The notes under the pieces are model-generated. The model saw nothing but the letters and a program-made list of their open reading frames with translations. It had not been told where the DNA came from and searched no databases. The position numbers and the translations under genes were made by a program. Below, piece after piece: positions 49,648-57,894 of a DNA stretch of 57,894 nt. Numbering within the stretch: the first letter of the stretch is position 1; the number at the start of each line of letters is the position of its first letter. The stretch comes from an uncultured virus (IMG/VR IMGVR_UViG_3300042196_000264) (Duplodnaviria; Heunggongvirae; Uroviricota; Caudoviricetes), in IMG/VR virus record IMGVR_UViG_3300042196_000264. One strand, 5' to 3'.

Positions 49648-50025
49648 ATGACCGCCACGACGGTAACCATTGATATGCTCCGCCGCACGAAGGTGTGCCT
49701 CGATGAGGGGCCGTCGTTCGATGCCATGATCCTCGTTGGTGAGTTCTGGAACGGTGCGGCGATCCCCTATTTCGATGACGACACGGTCAGGGCGATCGCA
49801 CGGGAAATGGAGGGGTGGTGCGATGAGGATCGCTATCTGCTGCAAAAGGTCGGCGACACATGGTTCGGTTCGTGGGGCACCGACGGAGACGAAGAGTGGT
49901 GCGGTACATACGCGCACGAGCCGGTCATGATCGATGGCGTCCCCCACTACGACATCGGGGCGCGCTACTGGACGTGGCAGGAGTCTGAGTGCGGAGAGGC
50001 GGAAGAGAATCGGAGGGATCCGTGA
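49648..50025 (+). CDS. Hypothetical phage protein
   Basis: FWNGAAIPYF...YDIGARYWTW; GAGGAG before MTATT. Confidence 0.6.
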   Translation: MTATTVTIDMLRRTKVCLDEGPSFDAMILVGEFWNGAAIPYFDDDTVRAIAREMEGWCDEDRYLLQKVGDTWFGSWGTDGDEEWCGTYAHEPVMIDGVPHYDIGARYWTWQESECGEAEENRRDP

Positions 50026-50214
50026 TCGGGCGCGCATGGCTACGCATGTCCAGCTGGGCTGGGTTACTCACCTACGAGGTCGATGTCGTATGTGAGACGA
50101 AAGCGCGGTTCCGGATCGTCTCGGCTGAGCCGATCCGCGTGAGCCGAACGCGCACGATCCTACCGGGCGTGCCGACGCTCGTTCCGAAGCATGCCGTGAC
50201 GTTCCGCAGCACGG

Positions 50215-50243
50215 TGAATACCAACCTTCAGCGCACCGTCTGA
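50215..50243 (+). promoter_or_regulatory. ECF-like promoter
   Basis: TGAATA-N16-CGTCTGA-N6-ATG(50250). Confidence 0.7.
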
Positions 50244-50249
50244 CCCAGC

Positions 50250-50507
50250 ATGATCACCAGCCACATCCGCCGACCGCTCCGCCGCGCCCGCGGTAACCAG
50301 TGGTACCGCGACAAGGGAGATCGATCGACCGGGACTTGGTGCGGGGCCCCTGACACGCGCGACGACGTGCAAAACGCAGCGTGGGAGGAGAGCGATAGGG
50401 ACTGGCTACTCGCGTGGCTGAACAGCTACGGCCCGCATGAGGTTTGCACGAAGTGCATCCGCGCGAAGGAGGACGGCGTGAATGCCAACCATAAACGCAC
50501 CGTCTGA
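50250..50507 (+). CDS. Small Cys/His protein
   Basis: H..TWCG..CTKC. Confidence 0.6.
   Translation: MITSHIRRPLRRARGNQWYRDKGDRSTGTWCGAPDTRDDVQNAAWEESDRDWLLAWLNSYGPHEVCTKCIRAKEDGVNANHKRTV
50479..50507 (+). promoter_or_regulatory. ECF-like promoter
   Basis: TGAATG-N16-CGTCTGA. Confidence 0.65.
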
Positions 50508-50728
50508 CCTGGCGAGAGAGGCCACCATCCCATGAGCACCATCCCGATCGGAGTGTTTTCCAGGAGTGCAGCCCGTGCATACGCCGCCTCGGCGGCCTTT
50601 CGCGCGTGGCTGAAGGACCCGAGCGGCGTCGAGGAAGGGGTGGGGCTCGCCCTCGCGTCGGCCCTCAGCGATGCCCATCTGGCCCTTGTAAAGGCGTACT
50701 GGGATCTTCCAAACCAGGCGGGTGTGCC

Positions 50729-51391
50729 ATGACCGCCGGCCGCGAGAAAACCATCGCCCGTGTCGCGAAGCTGCTCGCGCTCGCGAACAGCTCCAACGCA
50801 GGCGAGGCTGCTGCAGCCGCTGCTGCTGCCCAGCGGCTGCTCTCGGAGCATCGGTTGTCCGAGGCTGAGGTTGCTGCTGGAGCGGCGCAGGAGCCCATCG
50901 TTTTACGAGGGCTCTTCCGGACGCGCGGAGGAGATAAATGGAAGCGGTACCTCGCGTCCATATGCGGGAGCGCAAACGGGTGCCGCGTGGTCAAGATGGA
51001 CCGCGACGGCGCCATCGTGGTCGTAGGTACGCAGGGCGACGTGCTCCTCGTCGAGGCGCTGTTCGTGGGTCTGGTTCGTGACCTGACCGTCGCGTCACGG
51101 GCAAGCCCCGAGCCGAGGTCGTGGCTCATTGGGGCTGCGTGCGGTGTGAGGGAGGCTGTCGACGCTGCCCAGAAGGAAGCATTCGAACAGGCATCCTCGG
51201 TTGCGCTGGTGCACATCCGTTCGACCGACGCACGAATTGAAGAGGTGCTGGCTGGATGCGGGATGCGTGCGGCCCGTACCAGAAAGATAACCGTCTCGCA
51301 GGCGGCGTTCGAGTCCGGCAGGGTCTACGGGAAATCCATGAACCTTTCAAGCAAGAGATCCATCGGCGAGAATGAGGAGAAGTCATCATGA
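50729..51391 (+). CDS. DUF2786-domain protein
   Basis: REKTIARVAKLLALA.SSN.GEAAAA...AQRLL.EH.L. Confidence 0.8.
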   Translation: MTAGREKTIARVAKLLALANSSNAGEAAAAAAAAQRLLSEHRLSEAEVAAGAAQEPIVLRGLFRTRGGDKWKRYLASICGSANGCRVVKMDRDGAIVVVGTQGDVLLVEALFVGLVRDLTVASRASPEPRSWLIGAACGVREAVDAAQKEAFEQASSVALVHIRSTDARIEEVLAGCGMRAARTRKITVSQAAFESGRVYGKSMNLSSKRSIGENEEKSS

Positions 51392-51768
51392 TCCCAGACT
51401 ACGCACGCAGAGACCTCGAAGCCTACCTCCACGAGGGGCAGCCGCTCTCGGACACGTTCGCAGACCTTGTCAGCGGAGAGATCTATTCGGCGGTCAACCG
51501 CGCCGACGATGCCGTGAGCGCATCACTCACGGAGATCCTCGTCTGGATCATGACCGCGTTCCCGGCCGACGCCTATGGCACGCGTGAAAAGTACGCGAAG
51601 TGGATCGAGGATCACCAGAACCGCAGGTCGCGGGCCGGCCCCACGACCGAAGGGTACCCGCCGAATTGGCCGCGGTGTCCCAGCTGCAACAGGCCAGCGC
51701 TCGATGGACACCTCACGTGCGGATACGTGCGCTGCAGCGAGGTCTCGTGGAGAGGTGGTGCAACATGA
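51388..51768 (+). CDS. Hypothetical phage protein
   Basis: L.AYL..G......F...AV.RAD...P..AYG....KW; C-terminal CxxC. Confidence 0.6.
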   Translation: MIPDYARRDLEAYLHEGQPLSDTFADLVSGEIYSAVNRADDAVSASLTEILVWIMTAFPADAYGTREKYAKWIEDHQNRRSRAGPTTEGYPPNWPRCPSCNRPALDGHLTCGYVRCSEVSWRGGAT

Positions 51769-52061
51769 TCGTCGATGACGAGTTGCATGATCTCATCACC
51801 GACCTCGAGGCCGCGGAGTCCGGCGTGTCGGAGATCGCCGAGATCCTTCGCATGGGTAGCCTCGGCCGATGGGAGGTGCCAAGTAAGGACGCCGTCTTCG
51901 TGTCTCCGAAGAATGAAGCCGACCGCGTGAGACTCGGCGTCTACAGCATGCGAGCGATCTTCGCCTCCGCCAACCTGGAAATGGCGCTCCAGCGGTTGAC
52001 GTCTCGCCGGGATACGCTCGCGCTGGAGCTCAGGTCCATGATCGTCCAGAGGGTGAAGTGA
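51765..52061 (+). CDS. Hypothetical protein
   Basis: GAGG RBS, ATGA overlap. Confidence 0.55.
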   Translation: MIVDDELHDLITDLEAAESGVSEIAEILRMGSLGRWEVPSKDAVFVSPKNEADRVRLGVYSMRAIFASANLEMALQRLTSRRDTLALELRSMIVQRVK

Positions 52062-52439
52062 TGGCGATCGTGACCATGATCGTGTGCGACGGCTGTAGTG
52101 CCGTGTGGGAGGAAAAGTCGGGGTACGGCGGCAGGCCGGTCCATGCGCTCCGCCGTGACGCTGTGGCGGCGGGGTGGTTGGCTGGCAAGGTGTCCCTGGA
52201 GCAGCGCTACACCACGGGGCATCAGGATTTCTGCACGAAGTGTGTCTACGCAGCCTCGAAAGGTAACCCCGCATGAACCGTCCTAGTGCAAAACGCTTCC
52301 CCTGGACCGGTGACGTCGCGAACGACGACGGCTATCTGCTACCCTGGCCAGATGTGCTCGAGGCACCAGAGATCCTGAAGACGCAGAGGCGGCGGATCGC
52401 GCGCAAGGGCAAGCCAGGGCCCGAAGAAGGAAAACAGAC

Positions 52440-52721
52440 ATGAGTGACCCGAGCATGACGAAGGACGGCAAGCCGCGGTACTACGTGTGGGATCCGCTTG
52501 CGAGCAGTCGCGCGTCCGCGGGCATCCTGTTTGCGGACGACGAAAAAGACGCCGCGATCCAGTACGCCGAGGGCGACTCCGACGGTGCTGGTGAAGGGAT
52601 CTACGTGGGATCTGGTCATCCTCTCCATGTCGAGTGTCCGGACGGCAGAGTCATGATCGTCAAGGTCGCCGTCGACTACGAACCAACCTTCCACTGCGTG
52701 AGATCGGAATTGCTGCCATGA
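52440..52721 (+). CDS. Hypothetical protein
   Basis: ORF with AGGA upstream. Confidence 0.55.
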   Translation: MSDPSMTKDGKPRYYVWDPLASSRASAGILFADDEKDAAIQYAEGDSDGAGEGIYVGSGHPLHVECPDGRVMIVKVAVDYEPTFHCVRSELLP

Positions 52722-52947
52722 GTGACGTCGCAGCCGTCTCGAACGTCGTGGGCAGACTCCTCGACCTACTCAAGCTCGACCCGGTCCGACGTCGCGACCG
52801 TCTCGTGCGCCGGCGCGGGCGGCTGGTGCTCAGGCTCCTCGGTCGCCACGATCTCCCCGCATTTCGGCGCGATAAGATCCGTCAACGGATCATCACACTC
52901 GACGAACGGATCTCCAGGCTGGACCTGGCGATCGGAAAGAACCGGCC

Positions 52948-54012
52948 ATGAAAACCACCACCATGCTCGCTACGGCACTGCTCACCGGATGCTTCTCCGA
53001 TGCGCCCTTCGAGGGCAGTGGGCCTGCGGGCGAAGCGGGCGCCTCAGATTCGGACACGTCGAGTGGCGAGGAGGGAGAGACGAGCTCGGGGTCTGGCTCG
53101 GGGTCCGCGAGCGGAAGCGGGTCTGGAGATGGCTCCGGCAGCTCGGAGGCCTCGGAGTCGGGGGAGTGGACAGGGGGCGGGACGAGTGGCAGCGGGAGCA
53201 CGAGTAGCGGCGGGACGAGTGGGTCAGGCACGAGCAGCGGCACGAGTGGAACCTCGGGCTCCAGCGACAGCGAGACGGGTGGGGACACGGAGGGCTCCGA
53301 GGAGTCCTCCGACAGCGGCGTCATCGAGCCGGACATGCCGGTGGAGCCTAGCTGCGCGGACAACTGCGCGGTCGCCTTCGACGAAGGAAGCGGGCGGACT
53401 GGTGACACATCTCTATTCAGGGAGGCGCTCTCGGACACGGTGACCGTCGAGATCTGGTTCCGCCGTACGGGCGACGTCTTCAACGAATATATGTTCGACA
53501 CGCGAAATGCCGAGGGGCAGCGTGGCATGGCGATCTACCAGGGCAACGGCGCTCTCACGTTCGAGGTGTTCGTGATCGGACTCACCACGCCATGCAAGGT
53601 CGAAGCGCCTAGCCTGAACACTCTCGAGGTGGGCCGATGGCACCATCTACTGGTCCAGAGCGATGGTTCTGAACTTGCGGGGGCAGCCAGCATCTACGTC
53701 AATGGATACCGTGAGGCATTTCTCAACGGGAGCCCAAACGACACGTGTGGCATCACCCAGCAGGATACACCGATCCGCGTGGGCGAAGCGTTCGACGGGT
53801 CCTCCAGACTTAGCTCTCTCGAGATCGACAACATCCGGATCAATTCCGGCTCTTCGATCGCCTACGACGGATTCTCGCCAGACCCGACACCAGTCGTCAT
53901 GGGTCAGACGCGGGCGCTATGGTACTTCGACGAGGGGTCCGGGGATGTCGCGGCCGATGAGGTCTCAGGGCTCGAGCTCCATCTGTCCAACCATCGGTGG
54001 GTCAACCACTAG
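52948..54012 (+). CDS. Lipoprotein with Ser/Gly/Glu linker and LamG-like domain
   Basis: Lipobox LLTGC; TVEIWFR, GRWHHL, IYVNG, IDNIRI, LWYFDEGSG. Confidence 0.8.
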   Translation: MKTTTMLATALLTGCFSDAPFEGSGPAGEAGASDSDTSSGEEGETSSGSGSGSASGSGSGDGSGSSEASESGEWTGGGTSGSGSTSSGGTSGSGTSSGTSGTSGSSDSETGGDTEGSEESSDSGVIEPDMPVEPSCADNCAVAFDEGSGRTGDTSLFREALSDTVTVEIWFRRTGDVFNEYMFDTRNAEGQRGMAIYQGNGALTFEVFVIGLTTPCKVEAPSLNTLEVGRWHHLLVQSDGSELAGAASIYVNGYREAFLNGSPNDTCGITQQDTPIRVGEAFDGSSRLSSLEIDNIRINSGSSIAYDGFSPDPTPVVMGQTRALWYFDEGSGDVAADEVSGLELHLSNHRWVNH

Positions 54013-54021
54013 GAGTCCATC

Positions 54022-54618
54022 ATGCCCAGACGACTGCCATCACGCACCCATAACCCACCCCTCGACCCGAAGGTTCTCCACGCGGCCGTCAACGCAGCCA
54101 GCATGATCGCCGAGTCCGAAGGCGTAGACGTTGCCCTCGTGGGTGGCGTGGCCATGCAGCTGTACGGGTCACCGAGGCTCACGGGTGACATCGACGTCCT
54201 CTCCGAAGGGCACATCTCCAACCTGGCAGCCACCGGAGACCTCACGTTCGGTGGATTCTCGACGAGGATCGGCGACGTCCCTGCGGACGTCATCATCCGG
54301 AACGACATCTACAGGAAGCTCTACGAGGAGGCGCTCGACTACGCGAAGAGGTCTCCGGACGCGGCCGTACGCATGAAGGTCGTCACGCCCGAGTATCTCG
54401 TGGCGATGAAGATCGCAGCTCGTCGCGGCAAGGACTCGGACGACGTCGAGTACCTGGTCACATCAGGGATCCTCGACCTCGAAAAGACGAGAAAGATCGT
54501 GCTCAAGCACCTCGGAGCGTACGGGCTCGAGGAACTCAACGAGATCGTCGTTGACTCCCAGATCAGCGACGACCGCCAGCGACGGCTACTCGACCTGCGC
54601 AGGTCGCTGATCGAGTAG
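54022..54618 (+). CDS. Nucleotidyltransferase (DUF6036/AbiEii-like)
   Basis: ALVGGVAM..YG.PRLTGDID, LVAMK..A.R.KD..D. Confidence 0.8.
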   Translation: MPRRLPSRTHNPPLDPKVLHAAVNAASMIAESEGVDVALVGGVAMQLYGSPRLTGDIDVLSEGHISNLAATGDLTFGGFSTRIGDVPADVIIRNDIYRKLYEEALDYAKRSPDAAVRMKVVTPEYLVAMKIAARRGKDSDDVEYLVTSGILDLEKTRKIVLKHLGAYGLEELNEIVVDSQISDDRQRRLLDLRRSLIE

Positions 54619-54619
54619 C

Positions 54620-54919
54620 TCAGTTGGGCAGGCCGCGATCGACGGCGTCGTAACCCTGGTACTCGCGCGGCGTGAGCACCTGGATCCGCACGACCTTCCG
54701 GAACAGGTCCGGGTACCTGGCGACCGCGGCCCATGCGACACGCTGGCGCCGCATCCACGGGACATCGTCGAGTCCTTCACCGACGAACAGGATCTCGAGA
54801 CCCTTCCGGTCGCGACCACTGATCACGCAGGCGTCGGTGGAGATCCCAAGCGTCCCGAAGGACCCGTTGACCTCCTCGATCACGGAGCGGATCTTCTGGC
54901 TCTGAGTCTTCCGCGTCAT
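54620..54919 (-). CDS. BolA-like small protein
   Basis: RRQRVAW...IQVLTPREY. Confidence 0.45.
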   Translation of the reverse strand: MTRKTQSQKIRSVIEEVNGSFGTLGISTDACVISGRDRKGLEILFVGEGLDDVPWMRRQRVAWAAVARYPDLFRKVVRIQVLTPREYQGYDAVDRGLPN

Positions 54920-55563
54920 CTGTGGACCTCATATACGCAATCTCGCGTGATGTCCACACTCATGCCCTTGACATCCACCGGTTCTACCGTGAGCACGCTC
55001 CCCGTGGAGCTCATGCGCACGACCTTGGCCCACGTCGGAAAGAACCCGTGCCCGAGATTGAGGACGGCCTGCACGAGGTCTCCCAGGGACACTGTGCCCT
55101 CGTAGCGAGCATGCCCAACCACTGCGGCTCCCTGGTCCCCACAGAGCGTCGGAGCGGACGCCCTGAGCACGTCCCAGATGCACCCGAGTCCAACCATGAG
55201 CTTGTCCCCGACGGCGAACCCGCTCTTCAAAGGCTTCACGCCTCCGTGCCCTTCGAGCTCGCCCTCGATCTCCACGGTGGTCGTCTTCGTACCCACAGTG
55301 AGCACCCTCGCCCACGTAGCCTCCTGGTGGAGGCCACCCTTGCCCAGTACGAGGGCCACATGGTCGCCGGCACGCAGGCCTGAGGCAGATGCTGGGGTCC
55401 TCCCCGCCTCCGCGGGGCAGACGGTCTGGCCCGTGCCGACCTCAGAGGGTGACGCCACGGCTGCCCTCCTGGCCTTCCTACGCGTGTACCACCTAGCCAC
55501 GATCGCCACCTTCAGGGCCGTGGCACCCGCGAGAGCAAGCTTTTGCCCGGTCGTGAGCCTCAC
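54916..55563 (-). CDS. Membrane-anchored protein with internal domain duplication
   Basis: N-terminal TM; GD.V..VL..G....TWA.V...C(I/V)..V occurs twice. Confidence 0.6.
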   Translation of the reverse strand: MRLTTGQKLALAGATALKVAIVARWYTRRKARRAAVASPSEVGTGQTVCPAEAGRTPASASGLRAGDHVALVLGKGGLHQEATWARVLTVGTKTTTVEIEGELEGHGGVKPLKSGFAVGDKLMVGLGCIWDVLRASAPTLCGDQGAAVVGHARYEGTVSLGDLVQAVLNLGHGFFPTWAKVVRMSSTGSVLTVEPVDVKGMSVDITRDCVYEVHR

Positions 55564-55607
55564 CCGCGAAGCGTATCACGGGATCCGGTGGTACGTTGAG
55601 AAGTGGC

Positions 55608-56117
55608 ATGTCCAAAACCGAAGAACAACTCCTCGAGGCCCTCCAGCGCATCGAATCTCGCCTTCCGGACCCCTCCGCGACATCCTCCTCACGGGTCGAT
55701 GACGCCGAGTCGAGCGCCAGAAGAGCAGAGAAGCGGCTCAAGAAGCTCCAACTCTGGATGGCCCTCACAATCCCCCTCGCAGGGTCGATCATCACCGCTC
55801 TCGGATGGGCGATCAGCAAGCTCCAGGTCGACGCCGTGGCCACAGAGCATGAGCAGATCCGGGTCCAACGTGTCGATGCGAAGCTCGAGCAGCTAGACAA
55901 GACGACTGTGTCGCTCGAGAAGATCGCGGTTGAGAACCAGGTGCAGCTCGTCGATGGACTCGAGTACCTTGGCGAACGCATTGACGCTTCGCTCAGGGGA
56001 ACACCAGCACCAGATGTGCCAGATACGATCCAGCGCGCTCAGAACAAGGTCGCCAGGCTGAAGGCCAAGCAACGCCTCGAGCAGATCATCGAGATGCCAG
56101 ATGAGGTGCTTCCGTGA
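55608..56117 (+). CDS. Single-TM coiled-coil protein
   Basis: LWMALTIPLAGSIITALGWAI flanked by heptad-like segments. Confidence 0.65.
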   Translation: MSKTEEQLLEALQRIESRLPDPSATSSSRVDDAESSARRAEKRLKKLQLWMALTIPLAGSIITALGWAISKLQVDAVATEHEQIRVQRVDAKLEQLDKTTVSLEKIAVENQVQLVDGLEYLGERIDASLRGTPAPDVPDTIQRAQNKVARLKAKQRLEQIIEMPDEVLP

Positions 56118-56311
56118 AAAACATCAACCCTGCAGACCCCATCGCCGCAGTCGTCGGCGCCGTGATCATGATCCTCGCCAACACAGGGGTCATGGAGCGA
56201 CTAAATCTCACGGCGGACCAGGTCGCCAACATCGGCGGAGCCGTGATCACCATCGCCGCAACGATCCGTACGTTCATGAGGCAGCAGCGAACCTCTGCGC
56301 CCCCATCCTGA
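56114..56311 (+). CDS. Holin-like small membrane protein
   Basis: 65 aa, two hydrophobic helices, basic C-terminus. Confidence 0.5.
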   Translation: MKNINPADPIAAVVGAVIMILANTGVMERLNLTADQVANIGGAVITIAATIRTFMRQQRTSAPPS

Positions 56312-56339
56312 TCGATGACGTGCTAGTCTGCGCAGCAAC

Positions 56340-57425
56340 ATGCTGCCGCGGATCCGAGAGATCGCGGCGTTGGCTCTAGTTACGGGCTGTTGCTCGTACA
56401 GCGATCCTTCGCCACTCCCCACGACCGAAACAGCCCAGGAGTCCGATGTCCCAGGAGACCTCGAGGCGCCAATGGATGTCGGAGTGCCTGCGAAGGCACC
56501 CGTACGTGCGTCCAAGCCACCGGACCCTTACAGGGGGTGGAGCACCTGGTGCGAACCGCTGGACTGGGATTTCCCCTGCGACACCTCGGAAGATTGCTCC
56601 GCGGTGAAGGACCCATCCGGGAAACCGACGGAATGCGAGCATCCATGGTGGTCCACTGGTGAAGCGCTCGTGTGCCTGCCTTCGTGGCCGAGCCGCAAGG
56701 ACCGTCAGAACGAGATCGAGAAGATCCGTGCCTACGTGGACAACGTCTGCAAACCGCCCAAGTGGTGGAGGCGTGGCCAAGGCATGGACGTTGGAAGCAA
56801 GCGATGCGACCCCGACAAGCTCCACGCGCTCCTCGTCCTGGTGGCGACACGGGAGTCCACGCTGCGCCCATGGAAGCGCCATCGCCTCAGCCCTGACATC
56901 AAGGCCAACAACAGCTCGTGGTTTCAGCAGGCAAAACGCTACGGATGGACGGTGGTGCTCGACTACGCCGGAGGGATCCGAACGATGGACTCATCGCGCG
57001 ATGCGAACCCGTACTACGCGAACCGTCATCGCTGGATGGGTCTTGGTCTCTACGGTCAGAACGCGAGCATCAACGTCGCGGTGCTCGATCGTCTCGCCCC
57101 ACCCGAAGTCCTGTGCCGCACCGACCTCGCCACCGAGACCTACCTCCGCCAACTCCGGAACGCCTGGCTGAAGCTCGAGGCAGGTGTCACCTGCGAAGGC
57201 AAGCCATTCCACGGGTCCAGTCCGGACGGCCGAGCGGCCTGGATCGACGCCCACCGAGCAGCCTCAACTGGTCGGATCTGCGGGCCACATCCGCGTGACC
57301 ATGACTTCAAAACACGCGCATCGCGCATACGCGTGGGCGACGCACATCCGTTCGAACTCGACCCGTACGAGGGTATCCACCTGTCGTGGCTCGGCAAAAC
57401 CGAAACGCTCCAGGATGCCCGCTGA
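56340..57425 (+). CDS. Cys-rich lipoprotein with possible lysozyme/transglycosylase-like domain
   Basis: ALVTGC lipobox-like; VATRES...GLGLYGQ motifs. Confidence 0.55.
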   Translation: MLPRIREIAALALVTGCCSYSDPSPLPTTETAQESDVPGDLEAPMDVGVPAKAPVRASKPPDPYRGWSTWCEPLDWDFPCDTSEDCSAVKDPSGKPTECEHPWWSTGEALVCLPSWPSRKDRQNEIEKIRAYVDNVCKPPKWWRRGQGMDVGSKRCDPDKLHALLVLVATRESTLRPWKRHRLSPDIKANNSSWFQQAKRYGWTVVLDYAGGIRTMDSSRDANPYYANRHRWMGLGLYGQNASINVAVLDRLAPPEVLCRTDLATETYLRQLRNAWLKLEAGVTCEGKPFHGSSPDGRAAWIDAHRAASTGRICGPHPRDHDFKTRASRIRVGDAHPFELDPYEGIHLSWLGKTETLQDAR

Positions 57426-57621
57426 GGCGTCTGGGCTGTCGTCCGGCATCACCCTGGCCAACGCATGTCCAAAAGCCTCTCGTAGGCTTCCGTGAAGCGT
57501 CACGGAGTCATGGCTCCGGACGATGGCCCGGCGGCGGTCCGGCCGGCCCTGTTTGCGCTCATCACGCACCATCGGCGGACGTGTGAGGAAACTCCGTGAT
57601 GCGCTTTACACCCCTGAAATC

Positions 57622-57805
57622 TAGTGGAGCAATAGAGCCCGTCTAGGGGGGGTTAGTGGAGCAACTGAGCTTAGTGGAGGGTTTCTCCAATTATTGCGTG
57701 ACGCGCGAGCGGGCGCTACATGCCCCCCAGGCAATATGCGAAAAACCCTCCACTAAGCTCAGTTGCTCCACTAGGGGGGGGTAAACGGGCTCCATTGCTC
57801 CACTA
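57622..57805. repeat. Long inverted repeat with 3+3 TAGTGGAG motifs (putative origin)
   Basis: Perfect 31-bp arms at 57654-57684 and 57743-57773, plus imperfect outer arms; non-coding. Confidence 0.85.
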
Positions 57806-57894
57806 ACGTTTTGGTAGCTTTCCGGATCTGAAGTAGATTTAGCAGAAGCGCGCGGTGTTAGCAGCATCCGTTTCTGTGAGCATCCGACACGCGG

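Noticed and set aside
57580..57590. CGTGTGAGGAA, an 11-nt match to the CRISPR repeat (possible anti-repeat or solitary repeat)
   Set aside because: An 11-mer match to some part of a 36-mer is expected by chance in 58 kb, and the flanks do not match.
1..57894. tRNA, rRNA, integrase/att sites, reverse transcriptase (DGR/retron)
   Set aside because: None recognisable by eye; the mismatches in the 168-bp repeat pair are not adenine-specific and there is no RT gene.

Overview
GC-rich window (about 65% by eye) that reads as part of a dsDNA bacteriophage or prophage-like genome: dense, short, overlapping genes and no rRNA, tRNA or housekeeping operons. No terminase, portal, capsid, integrase or cas gene is recognisable in the window. 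From left to right: (1) six tandem minus-strand paralogs sharing a ~165-aa N-terminal domain, the last carrying ~104 G-X-T collagen triplets and a Gly-rich tip (its frame is missing from the ORF track); (2) a ~14-kb sugar-nucleotide/glycosylation cluster (gmd, fcl, DegT-type aminotransferase, GNAT, methyltransferase, several glycosyltransferases). Inside it lie a cas-less CRISPR array (14 repeats of 36 bp, 13 spacers) and an intein-containing DNA methyltransferase; (3) cell-wall and membrane genes (SLT, esterase, amidase, membrane-anchored proteins); (4) a replication module (gp3-like protein, SF2 helicase, primase-D5 helicase), with four G.U-containing hairpins upstream of the helicase; (5) an accessory region with six copies of an ECF-sigma-like promoter, duplicated gene cassettes, RadC, DruA-like, ART-like and a third DNA methylase; (6) lipoproteins, a holin-like gene and a six-motif inverted repeat near the right edge. 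Top observation: the leader-proximal CRISPR spacer matches this element's own primase gene at 31/36 nt. Four mismatches are synonymous and one is K/R, and the genomic copy lies in an island of A/T-ending codons. This points to CRISPR competition between sibling phages with recoded self-protospacers.
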